From Vicugna vicugna (Eukaryota): a stretch of 39,143 nucleotides of DNA. Shown in pieces: positions 24,955 to 37,403 of the stretch (position 1 is its first letter; each line of letters begins with the position of its first letter). The notes below the pieces were generated by a model. It saw only the letters and a list, made by a program, of their open reading frames with translations. It searched no databases and was not told where the DNA came from. Where the stretch lies: the NCBI GenBank assembly GCA_013265495.1, contig PNXW01002812.1:1-39143 (forward strand). The letters are read 5' to 3'. Both the position numbers and the translations under genes were made by a program.

Positions 24955-25060
24955 CTTGAGAACCTGTTAGGAAAAGTTAAGTTTCCCATACTTGTGACAC
25001 AACTATCACAAAGGTGAGAGTTCTCGGACCTAGGACTTGACATTTGAATACGCACAATCT
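24955..25060 (-). mobile_element. MIR fragment
   Basis: 'gaaaagttaagtttccc...gacacaactatcacaaaggtgagag...aggacttgacatttgaa'. Confidence 0.45.
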
Positions 25061-26559
25061 AGGGTTGTTATGTAGATCGGCTGTTGAAGCAAAGATGCTT
25101 GATCATTACAAACAGGGGAAGGGCCATAGCAGGGCACATGCTAAATAGCTGAGGAGAGCAGGTCAATTGTGGTCATTCAACAGAGCAAGATAAATACAGT
25201 GGCTTGGAAGGACATGTTCTAACCTTCAGTCACACTTCAGACAATAATGCATACTGTCCAGGCTGATGTGAAGGAGATTCCCACCAAAGGATAGAGCCCA
25301 GAAATGCTATAAAATTCAAATTACCAAGAACAGCAGTCAAGGGCTACTCACTGGATTAGAGATTCAGTCTCAGGTTTTGGCTCATAGAAAAACTCCCACT
25401 GGACAGTATTTTGGCACACCATCCCCGATCAGAGTTGCAGAAATGGTATTAGGTTACTGAAGTAGAATTATTAAGTATTGGAAATATCAGATGGAAAAGA
25501 TGTGGGTCCAGTTAATCCTCGCAAGACTAAGCTTCTTTAAAAGCAGTCAGATGCCATTTGAAGATCGTGGCATCTATCTCCCTTCATAATCTGCTCTTTG
25601 TGCATTTTGTTTTATGCTTTACAGTTTGGAGATCATTCTCTTTGATAGATAGAATGGGAGTGAAAGAAGATTTGAATGAATCATTCTGCCTTTGCTGTCA
25701 TTTTTAACAGTACCTTAGCTAACCTAAGCCATGTTCTTCTTCCAGCTCTGTACAGAGTAAAAATTACCATTTACCTGAATCCAGTATTTGTTCTTAATTT
25801 TCACCTCATTCTGGCTTTTCACTTTCCAAGTGAGCTTCTTAAAGATACAAGGGGCTCTTTCACATATCTGTTTGCATGTCCCTCTTTCTATCTTTGATGC
25901 ATGTCCTTTAGAACATGACTTCATCAGATAATTCACATTTTAGTCACTCTGCTCCAGTTGAGGAGAGTTGAAAATACAGACAGGAAGTAAGAATATGTGT
26001 AATCAGCTAGTATTTTTCTCTCCCAGAAAGTGAATATACATATCAAGCATCCGAAAAAATATACACAAATTAGCCAATATGATAACTGCTATAGAGAACG
26101 TAGGATCAGTACGAAACTGAGAAACATAAAAGTGAATTTTTTTTATCATTGCTACCTCTCAGAAGGTTTCTGGAGACACAACTGGTAACAAACAGGAGGC
26201 ACAGAGAAAGAGGCAAGAGTCTGAATACTGATGGAGTCAGGGAAATCTACATGGTAGGATGTGGTGTCCATACGGATCACATGCTTAGTGATGCCTTCAT
26301 CAGACAGCTCAGAGGAACCAGGTCATCTATTAAACAGTGTATATTTCTTTCTCAAAGTTGTTTATTCCAAGATGATATAATCATGTTTCCCCAAGGTTCC
26401 TGTCACTGCAATTCTACCGATCAAGTTTTCCTGTTTATTACAGTCAATTATGGAATCTTACTGTTTTCTCATCCTCATGAAAGGCAAATTTATCAGCCAG
26501 TAGAGTCAGGAGATGTCATACAGTGCCTTTTGCAGATGTGAATTTTGAATAGATTCATG

Positions 26560-27430
26560 TATGTACTGATTTTCTCATTCAGTAATTCAACAAGTGATAT
26601 CTGTGTATTCGATTCCTTGGGCGTGCTAGAATGACAATATCATTGCCCTCGCTTAGCTTAGAGTCTAAGAAGAAAAACAAATATTTCACAGATACTTGTG
26701 CAATGAATTACAGTTGTCATCAATGGTTTGAGGAAAAGGTAATTACGCTATGAGTAGATTTGGTAAGAGGATCCAAGCTCATCTGAGGGAAATGTGAGCT
26801 GACCCAGCTGATGGATGAATAGAGTTAGCCGGGAAAAGGGAAAGGGGACACCATAGTATGAAGGGCTAGCTATGAGAAGGTCCAGAAGGGAGCACAGAAT
26901 ATTTTAGAACTGATAGAAGACTCATGCAATTACAGAATAAGGATGAGTTGCAGAACAAGAATGAGAAATTCTCAAAAAGTAGAGAGGTGTCATACCACGG
27001 AAGGCCTTTCAGCTTATGTAAGAGCATTTGACATTCACTCTAATGATAACTGGAAGGTATTTTAAGAATTTTAAGCAAGAAAACATCTTGAATGGATTTA
27101 TTCCAAAAAATATATATATTTCTTTGGTGACTGAGCACACACAGATGTGAGAGAGATCTACTGGGAAGCAACTGCAAGAGGCCAGAGGAGGCATGATGCT
27201 AAGATGTGGATAGAGTGGCAGTAATGGAACAGTTTATATGTTGACCGTAGGGTGACAGAGAGTGACAGAGAGGACAGCAACTATTGGAAAGTGAGTAAGA
27301 AGGAGAAGTGATGAGATCTGAGATCTGCTTGATTTTATTTATTTATATTGGGTAGGCTAAAGAGCTATTGATAGAAGAAAGGAGAATACAAACAGAAAGT
27401 ATGGTTGGGCAGAGAAGAGTTCACATGGAT
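26560..27430 (-). mobile_element. L2 LINE fragments
   Basis: 'tcattcagtaattcaacaag...cattgccctcgcttagcttagagtctaag', 'ggatgaatagagttagccggg', 'ctggaaggtattttaagaattttaagcaag'. Confidence 0.7.
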
Positions 27431-27489
27431 GTGGCAAATTGAAGAGAGAGGGATGAAAGAAAGATTTTGAGGTTGAGCACCATGTGTGT

Positions 27490-27511
27490 CACACACACAC
27501 ACACACACACA
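27490..27511 (+). repeat. (CA)11 microsatellite followed by a CT-rich tract
   Basis: Direct reading. Confidence 0.95.
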
Positions 27512-28364
27512 AATCTCTTTTTCTCACCCACTCTCTTTCTTTCTCCTTCTCTCCATCTCTTCCTTTCTCTCTTCTCTCTCTCATGCACATATATACACAT
27601 ATCTTGTGCAAAAGACAAGTTGATTTTTAAAATATTTTTTCATGACTTGGTGTGGTTTTGAGAAATTTAAGTAAAGACTTAAGTTGACTAAGTTTTTTTT
27701 AAATTAAAATCTTGCTGAAACTGGACTGTTCGGGCAACTCCATTTTATTCAGGTTACAAAGAGGACTGAGTGATTGATTTGACTTAAATTTTTAGGGAGA
27801 GAAGATTGTCAAGTACAATACTCAGGTTTCTTACTTCAATAATTGTAAGGATGATATTTGCTGAGAAAAATATGAAAATATTTGAAAAGCTCTCGCTCCA
27901 CCTCACACTCCCTGCATTTTAACTTCTTTGTGTGTCATTTTTGTGCTCTGTATTAGAAAAACTATAACCATATGTTTTCTCTCATGATTTTCTGTATAAT
28001 AGCTTCTCACAATGATGTCACTTTGTTTCCTTTTTTTTAACTTAATCACCAAAGTGCTTTTCACTGTACTGTATCAGACAAGTTTTGAAGACTTCTGTTC
28101 AGAAATATGTTTCTTTGATTGCATCGCTATTTCCTCCTGTCCTTCATTTAAAAAGCTTTTTTTCTTTTAAGGCACAACCTTCATGTGTCATCTTCTAATC
28201 ACTTGCCTGGACTCACTAAATTTCAGTGACAGTGTCATCACTGCATTTACATTCTTATGTCAAATTTCAAATTCATTCTTTAGACCCCAAGTACTCAGTA
28301 CACTGATATAGATAATCACTCTTTTAGTTCCTTTTTTATTTCCTTTTTTCCTTTTTTTTTTGGC

Positions 28365-29600
28365 AACAAAATATACTGAGTGTCTGCTATGTACTAGACA
28401 TTTTCTGACCACTAGTATTATGAAAATGGACAAGGCTTCTTTTCATAAATTAGTGTCCTAGTTGGAAGGGAAGACATAGAAGGAAAATAAACATGAATAC
28501 TGTGGGTGAAGATATGTGGTATTGAGATAAATAAAACAGACTGATATCATGGTGACTTGAAAGCTACTTTGGCTTCTCTGGGAGGTGACATTTAAGATGA
28601 TAATGGAATAAGAAGCCATATCACACCCTGTGAAGCCCATGAGGGGTAACATTCCAGATAGAGGAGATAGGTCTAAGGCAAGAATGAGCTTGGGTTGTGT
28701 AAGGAAGAAAAAAAGGACCAAAATGACTGAGCCTTAATGGGAAAGGGAGGAGTGATCAGAGATAAGAGCTTTGTGGGCAAGGGCCAGGGGGTGAGTGTTT
28801 GCCCAAACGGAATGGCGCATCCTGAGAACAGTTTGAGCAGATGAGTGGTATAATCTGAATTACTCTTTTAAAATGTCCATGTACTGGCATTTTTGGGAGG
28901 ATGACTCGAACACGGACATATGGAGAAGCAGGAGGTCAGTAGATGTTTGTCTTGAGAGTCCAGGGAAAAGATGGTTAATTCTTGATTTCGAATGATAGTG
29001 GATATTTCGAGGAGTGAACCAATTTGAAAAATACTTCAGAGGAACAATGGATGAGACTCATCTGAGGGGCCGTGGTGGGCTGAGTAAAAGAGAGGTTAAC
29101 AAGGAGGACCCCTCGATTCTCTACTTGAACAATTGAGTAGATAGGGGCGTCTTTCTCCCAAAGGGGTGGGGGAAATTTTTTTTTCATGAAAAATTAGAAG
29201 TTGCCTTTTTCTGTTTTGGCCAGGTAAAGTTTGAGACGGCTATTAGATATTTATGTAGAATTTTTAAGCATCAGTTGGAGAATCTAGTCTGGAGTTTAGG
29301 GAAAGCCCGGGATAGAGACGAAGGATTTGCAGGTCATTTTAGAGACGCAAAGCAGAGCTCTGAGGATAACAAAGGTCACCCAGGTCACCCACGAAGAGGG
29401 AACAGAGATGAGGAGGGAAAGATCTAGAAGAGGCGCAGAAGCCTGGAGAGACAGAGGTTAATGAGGTAAAAGAAAACCCTAGTTAGAGGACAGTATGTTC
29501 TCGCTGCGGAAGCTGAAGGAAAAACAAAGTGATATTTTGAAGAGAAGGGATCTTTTAATAGCTGATTGCTGCTGATGGGTCAAATAATATAAAAACAGAA
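28365..29600 (-). mobile_element. Long L2 fragment (~1.2 kb)
   Basis: Tail 'caacaaaatatactgagtgtctgctatgtactagaca', then 'gggaggtgacatttaag', 'aacattccagatagagga', 'ttttggccaggtaaagtttgagacggctattagatat', 'agtctggagtttagggaaag'. Confidence 0.85.
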
Positions 29601-29665
29601 ACGTAAGTATCAGCACGTGCCCCATGGGACATAAACAATGCTCTAAACAGATCATCTTGTACCTT

Positions 29666-29792
29666 CTATTTAAACATTTTTTATTGATTTATAATCATTT
29701 TACAATGTTGTGTCACATTCCAGTGTTCAGCGCAATTTTTCAGTTATACATGAACATATATATATATTCATTGTCACATTTTTTTCTCTGTG
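29666..29792 (-). mobile_element. Young lineage-specific L1 3' tip
   Basis: 'catttttattgatttataatcattttacaatgttgtgtc...'; TSD tcttgta(c/t)ctt at 29655-29665 and 29793-29803. Confidence 0.9.
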
Positions 29793-30111
29793 TCTTGTAT
29801 CTTTATGGGAAAATTGCTCAGCACTTCCCCGTGTGTACGAAATACCTATTTTCCTGGACTCAAGTTCTACCCCATTGCTGGTTTAATTAATTTTTGTTGT
29901 TGTTGTCGTTCACCAGAATCACCTAGAAGGTAATCCTCAGGATGGTAATTCTGCTCAGGGTAGTAATGGTCCTTCTCAGCTTCTCCTGTTCCTTTGATCT
30001 GTGCTCCTGGGCAAATCCACAGAAATGAAGAGCAGCCGGTAGGACTGGCAAGTCAATGCAGATAAGAAGAATCTACTCAGGCCTCCTGGAGAACAGTCAC
30101 ATTTGGGAATC

Positions 30112-30330
30112 ACAAGATTTGGAGTCAGACAGAATCAGGAGTGAGACCCATTTCTGACATTTACTGTGAGCCCAGGGGTCAGATGGCTACGTCTCTCTAA
30201 GATCAGATCCTTGAATGGGAGGCAGGGTCAATGAAACCTATCTCATAGGGCATATGTGCAGACAAAACGAGGTAATAAAGGGTAAGTGCTTAGCACGGTC
30301 CCTGGCACATGGTCAGTGCTTCATAAACGC
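30112..30330 (+). mobile_element. MIR SINE
   Basis: 'atttggagtcagacaga...acctatctcataggg...taagtgcttagcacggtccctggcacatggtcagtgcttcataaa'. Confidence 0.85.
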
Positions 30331-31649
30331 CAACTACTACCAATAAAAATTATGACTGCACTTTCAGAGCTGGCCCGTGAAAGGTGGGAGAACAGAAACT
30401 GGATCAGAAAAAGCACAAAGGTGCTGTGCAAGGTGCAATGATATGGACAAATATAGGAGAACAGGGTAGAAATCCATTTTGAATCGAACAGAGGTCACTC
30501 AAAGGGCCAACTAGCCATCCTGTTTAGTGACATCGTTTCTCGGTAAAACCGCAGGAGAGATGTGGGCTTGCCTCCAAACCGTCAGAACAAAACTCCTGGT
30601 AAAACTCACTTCTCGTGGGATTGAAGAACGCCTGCTCCGTAAGCAGCCCTCCTGGAGCCGTCTGTACCGTATTTACAGGTCAGCGGCAGCCCCCCCGAGT
30701 TCCCTCACCACGTGCTCCATCTGCAGCTTTAATTTAGCTCTCTTTCCTTTCTCCTTGTTTCCTCTCCACATTGTCTAAGTGCTAATAATAATAATTCAAT
30801 TTAATAACACCCATCCTCACAGAGTACTCTAGCCCATCCGGTCCTCAAGGATACCTAACCCTTCCCAGGCTCACCTCTCAGCTTCTTTATCACACTTGAA
30901 GCACATCATAAACTACGTCTTCCCCAGACCTTGTCATAAAGGGTGAGGCCGACATTGCAAGAATGAAGTCAGGGAAGTACAACCTTGAACTGGTTTATCT
31001 CCTCTCCTCCCCTCTTCTCTTTGACCCGTGCTTTTCCTTTGCAAACAGAAAGAGGAAAAACTTAAACTTGTGTTCCCACTGGGACTTCCTGGGATGGCTC
31101 ACTGTCTGTTTGGCAATTGAAGCCTGATCGCAGATGAGTGATGCTCGGCATTGACAGCTGCCTCAACAGTCATTAGTTTGCTAATAGAAATTGCTTTTTG
31201 ATGATGCAGGTCAGGGTGATGGCCTCCAGTTTGTGGGTAAAGAAATTGAAACATGAAACGTTAAATGTCTTCTACCCAGTGATGGAGCTGAGGATATTAA
31301 GTGAGGGAAAGGACCCACTCAGCTGGCATTTAGCTCTTTGAAAACTTTAGCTTCTTGAAATGTATGAAAAGAAAAGGAAAAAATGTATATAACGTTTATG
31401 AACAGGCAAAATAATTATAATAATATGTGGTTAGAAACACTCCTGCATTTGATGAACACAATTGTGCTAGATTCATTTGTTCTCAGTTGACACAATTTTA
31501 ACAACATTGTATATTTTGCCTCCAAGTACATTAAAAAAAAACTTTAAAGCCAGAAATGGTTTTAAATACTAGCTGAAAATTATTAAGTACAAATTATAGG
31601 ATGGACATTATTGTTGTTAAATCTTTAATTTCATTATTTGGATCATTTA

Positions 31650-31750
31650 TTTTTACCACATTACGGGTGAGAAAACTAGGACCTTGAGGGGATAACTCAC
31701 TTAAACAAAGTCACACAGCAGTTTGAAGGAAAAGACAGAATGTAACTTCT
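31650..31750 (-). mobile_element. MIR fragment
   Basis: 'ccacattacgggtgagaaaactagg...taactcacttaaacaaagtcacacagc'. Confidence 0.65.
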
Positions 31751-32310
31751 GTATCTATAACATCTTACTCCATCTGAAAAAAAAAAGACACCATCTACCA
31801 CATGAAATTGCTCTGAGATCGTGTCTGAATGTATAATAAAGAGTTAGAAAGATAAACAGGAAAGATCTTATTTTTGCAGAAATTCCTAGGAAAGGGGCAC
31901 AATGTTAAGCTGTCATCAGTGTCTTAATGAAGATTAATTGACAGTGAGAAACTGGTCAGGCTGGGCAGAGAACTAGACGAAGACAGGCAGCGTTCCTAAC
32001 CACCATAGAGCACCGAAGCCTCCACTCTGAGTTTTCATTAATTTCTTTTTTTATCAGGGTCCAGTCTGTAAAACCAGACTGTAGATGTTAGACTCTGTAA
32101 TTCTCAGTGCCGCCCTCTCTTGGCATCCTTCTGCAGAGCGGCACACACACTGCCCAGCCTAGGACCACTAGCTGGTGCATAAGGATGACCTTGCCAGGCA
32201 TTTGGAAGAGGTCCCACCAAATGGGTGTAAGATTGGGAACTAGCTACTGGAGTCTTCAGGACTTTCACACTTTCTCCTCTCAGTTGCACTGATTTCTCTA
32301 TTAGTGATTT

Positions 32311-32860
32311 TTTAAAACATTTTTTTATTGAGTTATAGTCATTTTACAACGTTGTGTTAAATTCCAGTGTAGAGCACAATTTTTCAGTTATATATGAACG
32401 TACATATATTCATTGTCACATTTTTTTCGCTGTGAGCTACAAGATCTTGTATATATTTCCCTGTGCTATACAGTATAATCTTGTTTATCTATTCTACATA
32501 TGCCTGTCAGTATCTACAAATTTTGAACCCCCAGTCTGTCCCTTCCCACCCTCCGCCCTCTTGGCAACCACAAGTTTGTATTCTATGTCTATGAGTCTGT
32601 TTCTGTTTTGTATTTATGTTTTTTTTTTCAGATTCCACATATGAGAGATCTCATATTGTATTTTTCTTTCTCTTTCTGGCTTACTTCACTTAGAATGACA
32701 TTCTCCAGGAGCATCCATGTTGCTGCAAATGGCGTTATGTTGACATTTTTATGGCTGCATAGTATTCCATTGTATATAAATATATCTTCTTTATCCAGTC
32801 ATCTGTCGATGGACATTTAGGCTGTTTCCATGCCTTGGCTGTTGCAAATAGTGCTGCTAT
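32311..32860 (-). mobile_element. Young 5'-truncated L1 (ORF2 C-terminus and 3' UTR)
   Basis: The minus-strand ORF reads [35 protein letters not shown], the L1 ORF2 end. TSD tagtgattt at 32302-32310 and 32860-32868. Confidence 0.95.
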
Positions 32861-33025
32861 AGTGATTTCTACCTTTGGAAATCTTATGTTGTTTTGTTTT
32901 CTACCACTATATCCTATAGTGACAGCGGACCTGGCAACTTTTGCTGAAAACTTATCTGTCTTCATTGAAAAGGAACTGATCATAATTCACTCTGAAGAGC
33001 AGGAAGCAAACATGTCTATACGTTT

Positions 33026-33400
33026 TGTAGTGGAGGCTGTGATTCTATGGTATGCAGCCCAGACCTTCTCCTTTTAAGGAGCAAAGTACTATTTCTTCCA
33101 GGTTGTGGGAATATTGGCAGCTGACAGCTCAGAGGTGAACTCTTCTATGAGAATTGCTTTGACCAGAAGAGAATCACCTTTACTGAGGTCACACTCTTTC
33201 CTGAGAGCATCCCACATTCAGTGACCGAGTCACATGAGTAGATAAAACAATGGCTGCCTTGTCTCCATGTGGAAGGCTTCCGAAAGGCCATTTCAGGCCA
33301 GGAGTTCTCATCAAATTGTCAAACTGCCTTTGTTGTGTGTGCATAAAAGTTATCTTCATCCTCTACCCAATTCTGCATCCTTTAGTCTCTCATAAGGGTG
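33026..33400 (+). mobile_element. LTR16C-like ERVL LTR (5' LTR, 3' end missing)
   Basis: Starts TGTAG; 'gcagcccagacc...ggcagctgacagctcaga...gaattgctttgaccagaagagaa...gaaaggccatttcagg...ctctacccaattctgcatcctt' follows the LTR16C consensus. Confidence 0.8.
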
Positions 33401-34290
33401 GTTTCTGGAATCCTGGAATTGGAATATATCCAGTATGACCTTGCATTTCTTGCCTGGTAGACCTGATTCATCGTTTTTATCTCAGAACTTGCTTCCCACT
33501 TGGTTTTGGTACAACAGAGGACTGTATCCTGAGTAGCTCTGTACTGGACCAAGGGAGCCTCTTTGGAACAGAAGGTGTGGCAACACATAGACGACCACAA
33601 ATGGGATCTGATGGTCATATCGTATTCCACGCCACCCAGATGATGCCAATCTCCTAGAATGAGCTGTAAATGAGGCACCAGCCTGGTGGTGATAACCCTG
33701 TGAGGAAGGCATGCCATCTTCCAGGTCCCATCGAGGATCCCTACTGTTTATAAGACATCAAGGATTCCAACAGTTTATATCATGGGTCTGGCACCCAAGA
33801 CACAGAGCTAGGAGGGGCCCACTGACTATCAGCTTCAGTGGTTCACTTGGGGAATGTGTGCTTCCCATCTCCAAAACTGGGGGCTCTACAAGATTAGAGG
33901 TCCTAGTTCCTGGAAAGAGAAGCCTTCTAACAGGGGAAAGGGGGGAAGCATGAATACCATTGAACTTTAAGCTACGTCTCCCACCCCATCACCTCAGCTT
34001 CATTGTTCCACGAGACCAGCAGGAAGGCAAAGTGAGAGTTATGCATCCTACCAGGAAGTGATGGGAATGCTGTTACACTATGCAGAATAGAACGCGTTGG
34101 ACACACACTTGGAAAATGTCTTGGTGTCACTTGGCTTAACTTTGGTGAGTATCCATGGCCATTTAAGACCCGCACTAATGGGAGCTCCAGCTCATCCCAC
34201 TAAGCTTGATTTTGCATTTCCACGGGCAAAGAGACCCATCAGAATCCAAGAGGAGCTTATTACACACAGTGCATCTGACAGTAACAAGGG
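33400..34290 (+). mobile_element. ERVL internal remnant (integrase C-terminal part and dUTPase), disrupted
   Basis: 'gaccaaggg' (DQG of integrase), 'tggtcatatcgtattccacgccacccaga' (cf. WSYHVPHHPE), and GPLTISFSGSLGECVLPISKTGGSTRLEVLVPGK (cf. ERVL APLTITPSDPLxEFxLPVPATLxSAGLEVLVP). Confidence 0.85.
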
Positions 34291-34306
34291 ATTAACTAGC
34301 CTAAAT

Positions 34307-34600
34307 TGTAGCGGATGCTGCGATAACGCTGCCCAGATCCCTACCCTTTAAGACAGAGGAGCTCATTCCTCCAGCTGCTGGGACTGTTGGCTGTTGACAG
34401 CCCCCAGCTTAGTAGCTCCCCTGGAATTCCCCAGTGCTAAAGAGGACCATCTCATGCAAGCGTACTTTCTCATCTCAGAGACTTATCTAGTGACTGATTG
34501 ATGTATATCCCACAGCTGTTATCTCCTGAGAGCACTCCCCAATAAATTTGATGTTTGCCAGTCATTGTCTCAGAGTTTATTTCCAGAGGATCTCAACCCC
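34307..34600 (+). mobile_element. LTR16C-like ERVL LTR (3' LTR, internally deleted)
   Basis: 'tgtagcggatgctg...gcccagatccc...ctcattcctccagctgctgggactgttggctgttgacagc' and end 'gagagcactccccaataaa...gtctcagagtttatttccagaggatc'. Confidence 0.85.
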
Positions 34601-34799
34601 GTATACCTATATATCTCTACCTGTCCAGGGAGAATTGAATTAAAACCAGACAAAATGAAGCCAACAAACAGAAAGCAGTACCTTCACCCTCCAAAAAGAA
34701 GTTTTAACATGGAAGGAGTTTCCAAGAATCTCTGCTTTCCCAGAGGGAGAAATATGTGGGGAAGGAAATACTTTCAGGAGGCCATTAAATCATACTTAT

Positions 34800-34970
34800 G
34801 CTTTGCCACTCTAAGTGTAATTCAAGGTCTAGCAACACCAGCCTCACCGGGGAGTTTGTGAAAAATGCAAACTTCCTAACCCCATCCCAGACCTACTGAA
34901 TCACCATATGCATTTCACAGAATTCCCCAGGTGTTTGGTGTATATATCCAAGTTTGAAAAGAACTGCTGT
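34800..34970. mobile_element. MER5A (hAT-Charlie MITE)
   Basis: 'cagcctcaccggggagtttgtgaaaaatgcaaacttc...ccccatcccagacctactgaatca...tgcatttcacagaattccccaggtg...aagtttgaaaagaactgc'. Confidence 0.85.
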
Positions 34971-35034
34971 AGAACAGGACTTTTTAATTTTTTTTGAATT
35001 GCATATTCTTATCATTAAAAAAAATTGAGCATGT

Positions 35035-35170
35035 ACTCCTAATATTTCTATTATAGATAATGATATAACATAATATTTATTGTTTATTATATATGGTAAT
35101 ATATAATATAAAAGCTATATAATATTTATCATTTATAATGATACTGTGTACAATTATACTAATATGTCAT
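35035..35170. repeat. AT-rich low-complexity tract
   Basis: Degenerate (TA/ATA)n by direct reading. Confidence 0.7.
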
Positions 35171-35408
35171 AAGCATTGAAAAAACATTCACAAATTCAGA
35201 GACTAAGAGGAATAAGGCCAAACTATTATGGGCAATAGTCACAGTTTCCTCCCACTCCTCCCTCAGGAGATTGTCACATCCATCCACCTTGGATGTGCGT
35301 TCTCCATATTGGCGATGTCTGCTCCATGTGCAGACACTTCTCATCCTGTGCATTAGGTAGAGTCTTAGGAGAGAGAACAATGGGAGTATCAAGATTAGGA
35401 AAAGCCAG

Positions 35409-36048
35409 GTAACCCCACTCCTGGGCATATATCCAGAAGGAACCCTACTTCAAAAAGACACCTGCACCCCAATGTTCATAGCAGCACTATTTACAGTAGC
35501 CAAGACATGGAAACAGCCTAAATGTTCATCAACAGATGACTGGATAAAAAAGTTGTGGTATATTTATACAATGGAATACTACTCAGCCATAAAAACGACA
35601 ACATAATGCCATTTGCAGCAACATGGATGTCCCTGGAGAATGTCATTCTAAGTGAAGTAAGCCAGAAAGAGAAAGAAAAATAACATAGGAGATCACTCAT
35701 ATGTGGACTATCTATAAAGGAAAAAAAAAAGAAGACAATGAACTTAAATATAAAACAGAACAGACTCACAGACATAGAATACAAACTTGCGGTTGCCAGT
35801 AGGGAGAGGGGTGGGAAGGGACAAACTGGGAGTTCGAGATTGGTAGAAACTGACAGGTAAATATAGAATAGATAAACAAGTACTGTTTGGCACAGGGAAA
35901 TATATACAAGATCTTCTGGTAGCTCATGGTGAAAAAGAATATGAATATATGTATATTCATGTATGACTGAGAAATTGTGCTGTACACCAGAAATTGACAC
36001 AACATTGTAAACTGACTGTAACTCAATAAAATTAAAAAAAAAACAAAA
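35409..36048 (+). mobile_element. 5'-truncated lineage-specific L1 (ORF2 C-terminus, 3' UTR, poly(A))
   Basis: Reads [54 protein letters not shown]; ends 'ctcaataaaattaaaaaaaaaac'. TSD not convincing. Confidence 0.95.
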
Positions 36049-37107
36049 CAGGGATTGTTTTCTCTGCGGACTGGGAATGGGAAGAAAATTAGAGTGTCTT
36101 GAATCATCCAAGTGGTGACAGCAACTAAAAAGGCCACCATCTCAAATCGCCTGGCAGATTCCAGGGAGAGAGGAAGCTTCTCGTCCGTTCTGCGTTCTGT
36201 GAGATTCCAGTCCAAGATGCTCACCAAACCTGTCCATTTTTTTCACATGGGATGCTTGCTATTTGCAGGTATCTGATTGAATTTTCAGCAGCTGCTTAGC
36301 AGGTCATTTCATTTGTCAGGTAGACGAAGGTAATGAGAATTTATCAGCCCCCAGTGGAGATTCACAGCTGATCTGTCACCACACATTTCTATAAATATTG
36401 CTCTTATTTACCCAGGATGCATTTCAAATTAGCAGGCGATTATACACACATACTTTATGCAATATATATACCTACATATATGCGTATAAAAATGTTTGAC
36501 ACTCACACATACAATACATACACAAACCAGGGTTTACAGCTCTGTTCCTCATTTTTCTGGCACATCAACATGGACCAATGGTACAGTGAGGCCGGAAGCG
36601 CCTCATTTGACATCCTCAATGATAATTGCATTAATGCCCAGGCTTCGGAGATTGGTATGGAATCTGATCAGGACCCCTGGTGTGGGAGCTGAGCTCTATT
36701 GTTCTACAAGGAAGAAAGCACCCTATAATTTCACTGAAAGCGGAAGGGCAGCAAAGTGATATTATTTAGAATCTGCTCAAAGTAATAGTCCCTGTGTCAG
36801 CTGCCTGGTGAGCCTTTCTGTCAGCCGTGGAAGGTTGCTTGGGACTGAGAAAAAAAAAAGTCTCTCTCCAAATGCAAGATAATTAAAATATTTGAGTGAG
36901 TTAGGAACAGGGCGGGGGTCTCAGGAAGGCAAGCAAGAGGCTTTGCTTTCCAACAAAGGAAGTGATGTAGGAACTGGCAGCAGCAATAGCCGAGGTGGTT
37001 CAGTGTTCTGAGCGGTGGGCAGAGGGCATGGTTCCAGAATGTCTGAGCTGGGTGGCAAGGTGAGCTGTCGCTGGCGAAACATTTCCTCAAACCAAGGTCT
37101 TTTATAA

Positions 37108-37403
37108 TTTATTTTTTATTGAAGTCTAGTTGATGTACAATATTATATGTTATAGGCGTACAAATAGTGATTCTCAGTTTTAAAGATTATACTCCATTTA
37201 TAGTTATTATAAAATATTGGCTATGTTCCCTGCATGGTACAGTTTTTCCTTATAGCTTGTTTTATACGTAGTCGTTTGTGCCTCTTAATCTCCTACCCTT
37301 GTATTCCCCTCTCCCAACCCTGTCCCCACTGGTAGCCACTAGTTTGTCCTCTGTATCTATGAGTCTGCTTCTTTTTTGTTATCTTCACTAGCTTGTATTT
37401 TTT
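37108..37403 (-). mobile_element. Older cetartiodactyl-type L1 3' UTR (host of the nested insertion; a few bases resume at 37631-37650)
   Basis: 'ttttattgaagtctagttgatgtacaatattatatgtt...aaatagtgatt...aaaatattggctatgttccctg...ccccactggtagccactagtttg..ctctgtatctatgagtctg'. Confidence 0.85.

Noticed and set aside
24349..25017. 222-aa K/E/G/R-rich ORF and the antisense 160-aa ORF
   Set aside because: Open only because the GA simple repeat has no stop codons.
32919..33025. Protein-like stretch VTADLATFAENLSVFIEKELIIIHSEEQEANM after a possible acceptor
   Set aside because: No donor site, wedged between an L1 and an LTR, no recognisable homology.
35518..36227. 197-aa and 153-aa minus-strand ORFs
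   Set aside because: Antisense readings of an L1 3' end.
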